A stretch of DNA of 64,000 nt. It comes from Ylistrum balloti (lineage: Eukaryota). Positions within the stretch are counted from its first letter, which is position 1, and the number at the start of each line of letters is the position of its first letter. Below the pieces are notes generated by a model, which made no database searches, was not told the origin of the DNA, and was given only the letters and a program-made list of their open reading frames with translations. Below are positions 32,101-44,975 of this stretch, in pieces. Made by a program: the position numbers and the translations under genes. The stretch is from NCBI RefSeq assembly GCF_031769215.1, contig NW_026782650.1, positions 62,001 to 126,000 on the forward strand, read 5' to 3'.

Positions 32101-34410
32101 ATCTTAAAGGTATGCATTATGAGGTATCAATAGTCATTGTCACATACATATCGTTATCTGTCTATTCAATGTTCCGCTGTGAAACAAAACAATCCTTGTT
32201 TTCTCGATACTTTTCTCAAAAAAATAGAAATAACACCAGTATACATTGTTTTACCAAATGGATTGTCTTCTAACAGTGAAAGGAAGATGACTAGACCGTA
32301 ACGTGACTATACTGTCATCAGTTGTTGTGGCCATCTGTAACGTGATTACTTTTCAAGCTATTTGAAAGACTTGAGTTTTTTGGTCTGAAAGGAGATTCAA
32401 AGACCAGAAATATTTGCGATTAAGTTGATAGTTGTATTTCTTAATCCAAAATTATTTATTTATCTCATTATTGAAAATACTCATTATTATCCCTGGAAAT
32501 TCACTTGAAGGGAGCGGCTGGTTCACACACGATCCTGATGAGATCAGTGCCAGGTTCGGCGGTCAATGGAAAACAACAGATTTCAAGGCTGGAGACGTCC
32601 TTCTGTTTACCATGAGGTGACGTCAGATATCATTTATATATCATCGTGTCCCAGCCTCCTTTTCGTAGTTACCTAACAGTTATTTCATGAACAATTTAGT
32701 CAATAACTAAATATGATTTAATGTATGGATCTGAATAATATGCATTTAAAATACTAATTGTGTGATGTTCCGTTAAGATCCGATTTTGATTATCGCTTCA
32801 TCACTTCCTTGACCAAAACACGAAGCAATGAGAGGGCGAAAACACGATGGGAAGGAAGCGAAATTAGTTTGTGTTTAAAACAAGGGAGAGGATTGATATA
32901 CGTAGTTTAGTATGAATAGTCATTTATTCGTTTGCCTTGCCTTGCAGAACTGTCCATATGTCGACCTCCAATTTGACAGATTTCATACGGATAAGCTGTG
33001 ACACACGGTATGCATAATAGGAGTTTTACTCCACCTTCAGATCAACATCGAAAGATGTATTGAGTTAGAAAAATCCATATGTTTTCTCATCTAAATCTTG
33101 CACGAGACTTTTAATTTCGCACACAATAGATTTGTACCTATACTGATTTTTTCTCTGATTATAACGGTTGGTTTCTTCTCTGTTTATAACGATTTCTTCA
33201 ATCAAACGATTTCTTCAGTCAATGTTTATAATGATTTCTTCTCTGTTTATAACGATTTCTTCAATCAATGTTTATAACGATTTCTTCCATGTTTATAATG
33301 ATTTCTTCTCTGTTTATAACGATTTCTGCAGTCAATGTTTATAATGATTTCTTCTCTGTTTATAACGATTTCTTCAATCAAAGTTTATAATGATTTCTTC
33401 TCTGTTTATAACGATTTCTTCAATCAATGTTTATAACGATTTCTTCCATGTTTATAATGATTTCTTCTCTGTTTATAACGATTTCTTCAATCAATGTTTA
33501 TAATGATTTCTTCTCTGTTTATAACGATTTCTTCAATCAATGTTTATAACGATTTCTTCCATGTTTATAATGATTTCTTCTCTGTTTATAACGATTTCTT
33601 CAATCAATGTTTATAATGATTTCTTCTCTGTTTATAACGATTTCTTCAATCAATGTTTATAACGATTTCTTCCATGTTTATAATGATTTCTTCTCTGTTT
33701 ATAACGATTTCTTCAATCAATGTTTATAATGATTTCTTCTCTGTTTATAACGATTTCTTCTCTGTTTATACTGATTTCTTCACTGTTTATACTGATTTCT
33801 TCTCTGTTTACACTGATTTCTTCTCTGTTTATAACGATTTCTTCAATCAATGTTTATAACGATTTCTTCTCTGTTTATAACGATTTCTTCAATCAATGTT
33901 TATAATGATTTCTTCTCTGTTTATAACGATTTCTTCAATGTTTATAATGATTTCTTCTCTGTTTATAACGATTTCTTCTCTGTTTATAACGATTTCTTCA
34001 ATCAATGTTTATAATGATTTCTTCTCTGTTTATAACGATTTCTTCAATCAATGTTTATAACGATTTCTTCCATGTTTATAATGATTTCTTCTCTGTTTAT
34101 AACGATTTCTTCAATCAATGTTTATTTCGATTTCTTTACTGTTTATAATGATTTCTACTCTGTTTATACTGATTTCTTCTCTGTTTATACTGATTTCTTC
34201 TCTGTTTATACTGATTTCTTCACTGTTTATAACGATTTCATCTATACCCTCTTCATTTGTAGATGGCAGCCTGCCTCTGAACCGGTTGACAGAAGGTTTA
34301 TGGGTCGTTTTGATTCTAAACACGATGTTCAGTATGGACTCTATGCAGACAGTGATAAAGTATTGGATTCAGTTACAATGGAAACATTACGCTATAAGTG
34401 GGGAATATAA
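26120..34410 (+). CDS. Phytanoyl-CoA dioxygenase (PhyH) family 2-oxoglutarate/Fe(II) dioxygenase, 317 aa
   Basis: Exons 26120-26259, 26973-27135, 28132-28189, 28948-29011, 31312-31467, 32051-32109, 32511-32616, 32948-33007, 34263-34410 (954 nt, GT-AG, in frame). HxD in TGAHVDNVYMGRG, TLWTPFGD, GSH, distal His in AGDVLLFTMRTVHMS, and RISCDTRWQP fit the PhyH jelly-roll fold. Confidence 0.88.
28309..28764. repeat. 32-bp purine-rich tandem minisatellite, ~14 copies
   Basis: Unit GGGCAATAGAGGGTTAGAGGATGATACAACTA with variants, in dioxygenase intron 3. Confidence 0.95.
29751..30521 (-). CDS. Uncharacterised 256-aa intronless tail-anchored protein; candidate permuted papain-like (PPPDE/LRAT-type) thiol enzyme; nested antisense in dioxygenase intron 4
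   Basis: Uninterrupted 771-nt ORF from ATG 30521 (ATAATGA context). A likely 5'UTR acceptor CCTGTAG sits ~25 nt upstream and is conserved in the duplicate. Motifs DVFICVNRNWH61AFV and YYIGH...RYKALLDDC160VEFAKEFC, then a C-terminal hydrophobic helix TLFLIVYTIFVAVVVSCLTVYF-LK. The existence of a decayed paralog supports a real gene. The enzyme call is inference. Confidence 0.8.
   Translation of the reverse strand: MSAKVLRSYDPMRHYVNNVSDFDPAIVKAYRDKDFTKIRELLQAGDKTDYDVFICVNRNWHAFVLCAANKVDEELFADMLSTDPFDIPALLMVSELELCFENEQLGTYKIRKKMDLFKNIEHRIAKSYYIGHYTDVNIKAFDFAALRAAPHRYKALLDDCVEFAKEFCIQMLAYCGNHRDLEAEVNRRISEATATGLSAEQLSRRIRSSGWLGNTFLGGIEVTSVLTSQRPTTLFLIVYTIFVAVVVSCLTVYFLK
33140..34240. repeat. Complex 20-25-bp pyrimidine-rich minisatellite (~1.1 kb)
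   Basis: Core TGTTTATAA(C/T)GATTTCTTC followed by TC, CA or AATCAA in higher-order patterns. Fills most of the last dioxygenase intron and runs into its acceptor. Confidence 0.95.
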
Positions 34411-36270
34411 CGTAGGTTAACACGATAAGAGTGTTTGTCTAGAGATGATGTGATGTGCTTGAATTATTTTATAACTTGAATCTTTAATATTAGTAAGTAT
34501 TAAGGTAATTCAACTAAATAATTTGATGAGTCAGGGCGTTGATGTCATTGTCACCGAGTGATATCAGGTGACTGAAATGATCCGACCAATTAGCATGTTT
34601 CCCACAGAATCAAACACTTAAAATTAAGACTTGTATCATATTCAAGTATATATATAGAGCACACAAGTGTGAGAGTGTGGGTGTATGTTTTTGTGTGGTT
34701 TCTCTTGTATATTGTGTATCGTGTAATATGTAAAAACATGTCAAAAAATAAAAGAATTACTAAAAAAAAGGACTTGTATCATCCCTTAACGAGCATTTGA
34801 TCTATTAAGCCTGAATATTTTATACAGGTCACCAATACAAATACCAACGGCTTTAAAGCCACAATATACCCAACTTTTACGACAAAAATGGAAAAGATTG
34901 TTTATATAGCTATAGTGAGAATTAACTAATCTGAGAAATACCGAAGACGATACCTTGGGTTTGTATTAATATAGATGTCGGGAAAACTTTAAACGTTTCC
35001 GTGAATGTTCCTAATCAGACTACACAGCAAGCAATATACCTGCATTCTACCTGTGATTGGACCATCACGAAAATCGTGCAACACCACACGTTTTCTATAA
35101 ATGCACCTACTACACCTGTAAATCCGAGTATGCAAATTAGTCGCGTTTTTTCTTCGAGGCGGAACTTCGTAAACCATCGGTTTATATTTTCATTGGGGAC
35201 CAGTTTTATTATTTTCGATTTGTTTCAATTAAGTGTTATGTATGTTTTAATATTGTCTTTGCATAATTTTTTTAATAGTTTCATATTTTTTTCAAGTAGA
35301 AGTTTTCTCAGAAACTTTCTGAATCTTGTGAATTTGCTAAATGACATGTAAATTGCGGATTTAAAGTCTTTTCATTCCACTTTCAAACATATCAATAATG
35401 TATTGTTTTGATAAGAAAATGAATAAAAACCTTTTACCATATGCACTTGAAACACTACATACTCTTCAACACCACTTGTTCCAGTGTAGATGATTTACTA
35501 CCAAGTCAATGTACAAAAGGTGTGTGCATCAATTCAATACAAGGATTAAACAACTCATCATAGCCCAAGTTGCTAAGGTATTTATTGGCAAAGAAAATAC
35601 CAGGATGACTAACTTCAGACCTCCATGCTATGGTATATATTTTAACTACCATCATATGGTGGACTTTTCAAATGACCCTATATCCATGGTCGGTTTGTCT
35701 GTAAATAATGTTATTGCTTTTTCCTGAGATATACTGAATGGATCTTTTTCAAATTTAATTTATAGCTGCACCTCCGTCCTTATGTATGTCAATTTTATGT
35801 TTGAATCAATAAAAAATAAAGATCCATAACATAACGTTTATGTGAAGATAGAAGACAACACTGCATATAACATTTAACATTTATTTCAAATCCAATTCAG
35901 CGCCCTAATAAAAAAGTGAAAATTGAGTGTGCTTCACTTATTATGTAATCAATGATAAACATGAATTAAATGAATCAAGATTTTACACAGAAATGTTACA
36001 TACTATTAACACTGAATTAGACATATATCAATCAGTAGTTAAGGAACACGTTATCTGGCTGTATAAAGTTTTTTTTCTGTTCATGTTACAGATTATTTCT
36101 TGATCCTTGCAGGATGTATATGTAATACCCACTGGTAGGAATACTACAGCTCCTTGATGTGATATCATTCATGATATACAGGAATAGTCATGTTTTCACA
36201 TTCACAACTAGAATCAAACGTGCTGTAGTGTCGCCTTTTCTATCAATATTTGTTGCCTTTATAGAGGCAG

Positions 36271-39200
36271 TCAGTTAAATTTACACTTGGAAAAGTCCAT
36301 TTCTGGATGCTGTGACATAAATCTGCAAAGAAAAAAAACCGTTTGTGATCATAGAGTCACAGGTATAGTTAATGGGTCTAACATAATTAAAGGTGTTTGA
36401 ATAATTCATCTACAATTTCATTTCTAAACGTCTGTAATTATAATTTCAACCTATTAAAAAGGCAGGCATTCTAATATATTTCCATTCTACTATCATTTTC
36501 CCCTGTAACTCTATGTTAACCAGATGGGAGTATATCAGGCTATACACGCCCATCTGGTCAAGTGTATGAATACACATTCTTAGACAGCTCCGTCTCAGAT
36601 TACGTTTCAGTCTAATACAGCGATGATGTCCACACCTGGCTTCTTCACAAACGCAACACTTCATGGTTGCACTATTAACTTTGGAAAGTGAGACAGAGAC
36701 ACATTTCTGAACGTTCAACAATATCCAACATGGCGGCATCGCCTCATGGTTTGACGCTTCACTACTGTTTACACCATATATTTGGTCGCATAGCTACTCG
36801 TCTTTTTTTTTATAGTTGTGTTTTATTACTTTAAATTAATTTAAATATAACAATAGCATTCCAAATAAAAGTCATCATCACAAAGGTTTTGTTTGTATGT
36901 GGTTTTTCTTCTTACTCCACATGGAACTATATTTTAAGGAACTATACCATTGCTCCTTCCGTTAACTGATCTGATGACGTCAACCCTATGATAAGCGGGA
37001 AATTCAAACGTTGTATTCCGTGTTTTCATTTCATTGATCGATATACATGTCTAAAAATGGAAATAGAAACAATAAACTGTTACCAGATGGGATAAACAGT
37101 GGATATGATGTTTATATGTACATATGTTAACTTACTTTTTCATAATGTCTGCTTTCTTCTGTTCTTCTGAGGTTGGCAGACCCATCTCCTTCTGTCGCTG
37201 ATCGTACATCATCTTCTCTACTAGTGATCTTGTGTCCCCGTCTAAATCAGACAACTGTTTGACAAACAGAAAGTAGTTTTTTGATTTTCAAAAATTACAT
37301 TGTAGTCCCAAGCATATCTTTGATACAAACTTGTCCAAGCAGATATGTTACAAAAGAAATAGCATAATGTATGATGTTACACTTTAGAAATAAGGAGCAA
37401 CACTTCATTTTGACAATCGACTGACCTACAAAAATCTAAAATGTCACAGAGTGTTAAAAAGAAAAAGATAATTTGTGGTTTGCAATTTTATTAAGAAATA
37501 AAGTGAATATTTTGAGGTAATGAACAGGTTTCAAAGCTGTAGGTTTACCTTGGAGTTTTCAGGCGAAACTTTCTTGGTATTAATTTCAGGATCTGTTGTG
37601 ACTATCCTACTCCACCACTCCATTTTGTTTATCTAGACAAGAGGACAGCAAGAATCAAAACCAGTTAGAATCAGGTTTAAAATAGATGGCATGTAATGCT
37701 GCATGTTTACTAGGCTGACTTAATAGTCTTTATGGGTACACAACTCTATGAGGACCACAGCTGTGATGTTGACGGAATTTTAGAAGTTGAAAGAGAAATT
37801 GAATGAGATGTCAACAGAGTTTTCTGTGTTGATTTTGATACAAACATATATGGTGTTGACTAGCTGTCAAAAAATGTCCACTTTACTATGTTTAATACAG
37901 GTGTATCAATATTTTCTATGATGTCTACAAAAACACTTTATGTTGTTCAAAATTTTGTATGTCGGCTTCAGAAACACTAAATCATAATATACTACACTGT
38001 TTTTTGTTGACTATAGAAACACCTCATGATATTAATGTTATGCTGTCAAACTTTTTTTTTTTTCATGTTGACTTTAAAAGCACTAAATGACAATTCACAA
38101 TGATATCTGACTTTTTCAATGTTGACTTAAGGAATACTAAACAATAATATACAATGCTGACTGACTTTTTCAATGTTGACTACCAGCTCCTTCTTATCCA
38201 AAATACACCATGTCGACTCCTCCACCTTAATGTCATTGTATGTTTCACCTTCGACCACAGGAGGATGTCCTTTCAGTCCCACCTTGATGTGCTACAACAG
38301 TACTGTCATCATTATACTTCCACAATCAATTAATGATTCTGACAATAACAGATACCTGTTTGAATATTTCTTTGTCTTTTTGTCATTGTAATTGGCAGTT
38401 CATTCATGATGATGGGCAGAAATGACAGTGAGAACATTGTCACAAATGATACAGAAGGGAAGTCCTTTTTGTTTACAGATTGTTGATGAGCAGATAAAGA
38501 TTTCTTTTCTACAATTATTCTGTTTATGTGTATATTTCAATAAAATCCAACTGTACTGTTCATAAGGTGATACACTTGATATATATATATATGCAATGAC
38601 AAACAAAATCTGTAAAATAAAATCGTTTTACTATGATACCACTGTAATCTTGGGGTGCATGTTAACTTTGGAATGTCAACCTTTACAGCAATTTGTAAAA
38701 CATTGTAATGGTATTTTCATTTCTAAAGTCACTACATGTCTAACTTTCAATCAGTAAACAAACAAAACGTTACAAGATATACTCAATTCAGAGTCAGAAA
38801 CTGGATACATTGGAGTGATACCAATATCCCTATCAGTAATCAAGAAGTTTGGAACTTTTTATTGTTATTTATTTTGTTGATGGGTGTTTTTAAATTCCCA
38901 CTGAATTTGGCAAGGCCCTTTAGTATTGGTCTTACCATTTTGATAAAGAAAGTTTAATCAAAATTTTTAAGTGGCTACAACTGTGGAAATAATCAACAAA
39001 CCATAACCAAATCAGATCTCTACCTCAAGATTACATGTATCAGGATACAACCAACAAACCAAGTTACAGTTTTATATCTGTAGAAAAGTAAATATGTGGA
39101 AACAATATTATGACGGAATGGTGGCCAAGGGTGAAAAAAAATGATGCTCCTACAATTCATGTGAATTTAAAGTATTTAAACTTGTTTAACACTGCTCTTA

Positions 39201-42200
39201 CAAAACTTACCCGTTTGTCAATCTGGACAACCATGTCTCTTCCTTTCAGAGGGAACGAAACATTAAAGGGTACTCTAAGCTGTTAAGATAACCAGAAAAT
39301 CAATACATGTTATTCCTAATCAATAATCCACTGTAATTTTTGTTATTCTCACAACAGAAACGTGTATCCTTTTCTGTCCATATCCTATTCTGGTGAAATC
39401 TATTTCATACTTCATGATAGTGATTATATAAACATCATCTTATATTTTGTCAGGGTAGGTCTGTTGTCCCCAATAACACTATTATATCATCCATGTTATT
39501 TCTCAGTTATGGAATAATACATGTAGATATGAATAAATCATTTAGGTACAAGATTTCGATGACTGTCACCCTGAGCAGACAAATGACCAGTAAAGCAAGC
39601 ACATTAAGAAACCAAATTTACAGAATGTATGACATGGCAATTAAATTGTAGTAAAATAAATGTAAATGGTTACATTTTATATGTACATTTACGCCAACAA
39701 TGAACATATTACCAAGGAACTTTGAATAATGCTATGTTTCGTAGACTTTACACTGAAAGGACCATATTTTTTAATTAGTCTGCTAAAGGTGATGGTGTAA
39801 TCGTTGTTACTGACAACCTATTCACCTATGTATATAACTGCCTAATTTCAGTGGTAATGTAAACTTTGTTATCTCAGTGTATATATCATGGTAATTACTT
39901 GCCTCAATTTCTTCAAGTGTCTGTGTCCATTTGTAATTAGGCAGGTCTGCTCCATTACCGGCATTAGGTTTTAATTTCCCCTTGTCCTTTTCATCTTCTT
40001 CATCATCTGACTGGAAAGGTTAATCGAACGGACCAGATATTTAAATAAATCAATTTAGTATAAATATATGTGATATTTGTTGAAGGAAATGTACTCTAGA
40101 CAAGGTACTACTTAAAACTAGCCCTACCTTCTGACAAAATCAAGTAATTTCCCTTTGAAAAAATCATAGATGATTACATATATAGTCTGTAAAAAAGATC
40201 AAACTATATCATTTTTTATATAGGAGGAGGATAACACAATTTCTCTAATTTTTTCTGTTCGTTTTATATATTTTAGATAAGTATATCATTCCAAGAACAT
40301 TCAAGTATTTTATTTTTTACCTTTTCACCATTTTCTGCCTTTGGAGCCTCTTCTGTTGGTGTTGGTTTTTCTCCAGATTTTTCCTATTAAAAGTAATCTT
40401 AACTTCAGAAAATTTAACAATTACTTGGAAAATCAGTCAAATCTTCTCTCATAAGACTTTTAATGAACAAATTGTCCAAAATAAATGCTAGTACCAACTA
40501 TTTTTCCACTTGGGATTATCAAAGGCTTTTACATAACAAATTAAAAATATTAGTGGATTATAAGTTGAAATTAATCAAAAAGTTTGGTTTGTTTTTTCCA
40601 CATTACACAATGTACAAGGGAATATTACAACAACTGTTGTCACAAGAAAGACCTCAGAATATAAAGAGAATGTATAACAATAATATACCATATCTAATTC
40701 ATTCTGAAGTTGTTCGGCCTCCTCTTCTGTAAGTTCCTTGATTTTGGGTTCCTCTTCTTTAGCTATTTTTTCTTGAGCTTTTTTCTCTGTCTCTGCCTTT
40801 TTCTTAGCAAGACGTTCTTTCCTCCGCATTTCTTCCTGTTCTCGTTCCTCTCTTAATTTTCGTTTTTCTTCTTCTGCACTTTTTTGGTACGTTTTGAATG
40901 CATCCATAACAATCTAATAAAGAAAGGAATCACATTCTAGCTTGTAAATGTAAAATCTCCAAAAAGCAATAGAATGTTTTAGACATTTGGTCACAATTTT
41001 GACTAAATTGCTATCTCTTATTCAAAAGTTATAAAACAAGGTCAAATATGCTTTCAATTTGTGTTCTTTCATTTCAAATCTTAAAATATGAAAGCATTTT
41101 CGTCGAAGAAAAATTTCACTTGCCAATCAATTAAAAAAATTTCAGTCAAGTGATGAAATAAAAAATACCTCTACATGCATACAAACTCTACATGCTAAAC
41201 TCATATTTTACAAGACATCATATTCATATAAAAATATGTTCAGTAACTTGAAATTCATGTGTATAAAAGTATCCATCATGAATTATCAGAGTAAGTACAG
41301 TTTTCACATTTTGGTTATTAAAAAGTTTTAATAATAACACTGATTAAAAAAACTCCTGCTACATTTTTGGAAATGTCTTGAGCACAAGAGTATGTGCTTA
41401 TCTTTCTGCATCACATCATAAATGTTTACTATTTCTATTTATTTTATTCTCTCTATGTGTATCTTACTTTTTCAGCTAAACCTTCCTTTCCACCAGTATA
41501 AAAGTCTGTCTTTCTTGATAAAAAACTGAAAACGCAATCCAGAATCTGAAACAGAAAATCAGTATTCATATCAAAGCTATATTTGCATAAATGAAGCAAA
41601 AATGGGATTAAACATTTTTCAAATTAAGACCACGATAAGGTTAATTAAAAGATTTTAATGCTTTAAGCATTTTATGTACACAAATGGTTTTAATAAAAAG
41701 CCTTTAGTCATCATGCTCACCTGCCATCTGAAGAAACAGTTAAAAAAAATACATAGATTATCAAAAGAATCTGGGCATTCTTCCAGATTTAATATGATGG
41801 TATATGATTGGATCATACACAAACTAAAAAGACAACAGGGATAGCATTTTTCATTTACTTTTTTTCTGACTTATTGTAAAGATAACAAGACTTGACATAA
41901 GCGATCGTCAAGAACAACATGAACAGAAGAGGTAGCTCAATATATTGAAGAGTCCTGTTTCCAGTATAAAAGTATCAATTTTCAAGAAAGAAAAATTTGG
42001 TGCTGAAGTTTGTTGTTATTACAGCCTTTACTCTAAATCTGAATCAAGGGCATTAACCAAGAGATCTCAAGGGTTCTCTGTGCATACTAATGTTTAATCT
42101 TCATTTCGTCTTTACAAGTTGGATCTTTCCACTTCTTTCCTCTTAATCATACATATACGAAATCTTAAAATTCCTCTCTCTCAAAAAAAACAGCAATAAT

Positions 42201-44975
42201 AATCTTACTATCAAATCAAAGATGGACGACTGTTTGCAGTTTTATTTTTCTTATCAGTCCCAAACTCAAGAGGGTGTAGCCTGGGACCATGGGGAACCTT
42301 CTCTAATTATCTCTAAGTGTGAACCTAGAGGGCAACCGTATCATTTACAAAATTCTCTCACACTTGTAATATTTCAAAGTTGAAACAATATCAAATTAAA
42401 TCAAATAAGGTTTAGTCCGCTGATTACACAGGAACACACTTAGTGATGTGATTAGCTTGTAGTGGAAATTGTAATTTTACTGTATCATAGACTATTAAAA
42501 ACTTCTTCTCCGTACATAAAAAGTCTTTTATATATACAATTGTTTATGTGTACCACGCAATAACAGTTAAAGATGTCTGAGCAGATCTCTATATTGTTAT
42601 TACCGGTATTTGGGAGATAATTCAATTCATAACAGGCCATGAAGCAACAATGAAAAAAAATCTTTCAGTAGTAGAAAGGCATTGAGCATAGGTGCTCTGC
42701 ACTTCCTGAAGCTTATCTTTATGAAAAAACTACAACAACATTTTTACTTTCCTGAAGTTGTTTAAGATACTTTAACTTTTTACTAAACATAAGTGTGATT
42801 TCACATAAATTAGAATTTTTTTTTTCTTTAAGTACAAGGTGTTTAACTGAAACCAAAATCATGAAGTCACAATATCGCAGTCATTCACTGTAGTGTTCCA
42901 ATTTCTCTTAATTTCTTTAGCCACTAACAAGTCAATCAACACTTCCTTGTGTTATATTTCCTGTGATACTGTCATCTACAGAACATCATTATGGCGTATA
43001 ACCTTCTCTCTTCCAGGTACTACCTGACTCATTATTGTTTTTAAGATCATTTAGACATGTACATGTGTTGGTTCCAACTATTGTACATCTCCAAAGGTGC
43101 ATTGTAAATTAAACTGGATGTGTTGTATGGGTAATAGTCCTGCATTTGAGGGAATATTACCACTTTAAGTAATCATTAAGTTCCCCAAATCCAGTATCAT
43201 TTGAAATAAAATTACATTAAGTTCTTTTATACAATTGCAACAAAAATGGGCATCATATTTTTGGATGTAGCCCATTAACCAATGCAATATTGTACATTTT
43301 TAAAGAAAAGCTGAATAATTTGATAGTTTCACTTTTGGTAAAGAACACAATCTTTATAATCTCCACTGCCTATAATGTGACCAAAGATAGAATACGTGTA
43401 AATTCATGCCCATCTATGACATTTACACTAATAGTTCCCAATTTCTATACACTATAGCAAATGAAGAACAAAATCAGTGATACAAATTCTCATTTTAGCA
43501 CAAAGTCAGATAACACAAATTAATTTTCTCATGCAAATATATACAATGTTGATGTCATGTTCAAAAGATGACGCCCTTTTTATGTTGCAAATACATGAAT
43601 GTAAAAGAACTTTTTGTGTTTCTATTTGAGATGAGCCTGCATTTGGGTAACTAATTTGATTACACAAAGCAGTGTAACAAAATGAGTAAAAAATGGATTT
43701 AATAGTAACTTTGGAAGGATGTGTATCGTAGAGAGCAGCATCTTAGTTTAAAGTACATCAGGTAAAAAGTCAGTCAATACTGGACCAAGGTAAAAATCCT
43801 GTGAGTGACAGGTAGTGATGCACGCCTGATAATGGGTGGGGTGTGTACCCCAGTGTGAAGCACTGTGGCAGAATCTAGCCAGTATGATTGATCATGACAG
43901 ATAGATGCTCTCTTTTGTATGTCTCGCGCTGGCGAATATATTTGTATGTAAACAAGATAAGAAACAATGTATTAGGTAGATCAAAGACGGGAAGTTGATA
44001 ACGGTACTCCTAGTCGCACGTGCCCTCATAATTAGATGCTCCGGGGGCTGTTGTCCAATTGGGACTAGGCTGAAATTAAGTATTTGGGTATTATTTATAC
44101 AAAGACAATAGCCAGCAGAAGTCTAGTCGAATCTGGGATCGAGTAGCTAGAGAGAGTTGGGAGTTGGACGTGGAGCGGGCAGAGTCCCATATGGGACCTG
44201 CCCCTGGCCAAGTTTGCCCATGGACATTTGTATGGAACTCTTTGATATGGACGGGCAAGTGTTTAGTTTTTGTCTGCCTTACACAGGTGGTTATTTTTGG
44301 TGCCACGACATGCTGCTGTATGTTGATTAGGAACTATCTTTTGTAATGAATATTAACGCGAAGTACTAACTATGGAAAACCACTATACGATGAAATAAAC
44401 GTTTCAGTCAACCCAAGTAAACACTGTGTTTAGTCATTGTGTTACAGCAGCAACTATCCCTCAAATGCAGACAACACAGCAGATCACTTGTATTACACAT
44501 GTGCTGTGTCATGCCCAGCCCCATTAACAGAAAACGGAACAAATTTTCAGTGTGCCTGCAATTTGCAATCAACATCTTGTTTAGATTATACTTTATTTAA
44601 CAAATAAATGCATATTGATCAATCGGTCAAATAAAAAGAATGATAACTTTTTATTAGAATCATGATCTGTTCACAGAAAAATCTAGAACATAGGTTATGG
44701 TTTCGTTTTCACAACTGAATAATTAGGTAGCAGTACACAGTCACATGTAATCTCTACTACTAATGTAATTATTATGTAGTTTGTAAATATATAGACATGT
44801 AGTGATGTATTTTTATATATAATCAAACTACTGTACTTGTATATCTCAAACATCACCAATAATTTCAGGAAAAATGCAAAGTAACTGTTCCCTGTTACCA
44901 TACCTCTTTCACTCCGCCTTCGCATTGCTGAGCCATTGCTAGCAACATTCCATCAAATCTTTCGGGATCGGCCAT
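36271..44975 (-). CDS. NUDC: Nuclear migration protein NudC, 331 aa
   Basis: Exons (minus): 44975-44904, 41545-41468, 40913-40689, 40383-40321, 40010-39903, 39279-39211, 38291-38166, 37632-37549, 37254-37136, 36322-36271 (996 nt). Motifs [100 protein letters not shown]. One intron is GC-AG. Confidence 0.97.
43673..44446 (+). mobile_element. Solo LTR (Ty3/Gypsy-like), 774 bp, in NUDC intron 1
   Basis: Begins TGTAACA and ends TGTTACA (perfect 7-bp inverted termini). Flanked by a GCAG direct repeat (43669-43672, 44447-44450). AATAAA at ~44394 near the 3' end. GC-richer than the surrounding intron. Confidence 0.8.

Noticed and set aside
33653-34260. Several hydrophobic or Asn/Glu-rich ORFs
   Set aside because: Artefacts of the minisatellite; only 34263-34410 is a real exon.
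34989-35730. Short ORFs between the dioxygenase and NUDC
   Set aside because: No recognisable motifs or gene structure; may be decayed repeats.
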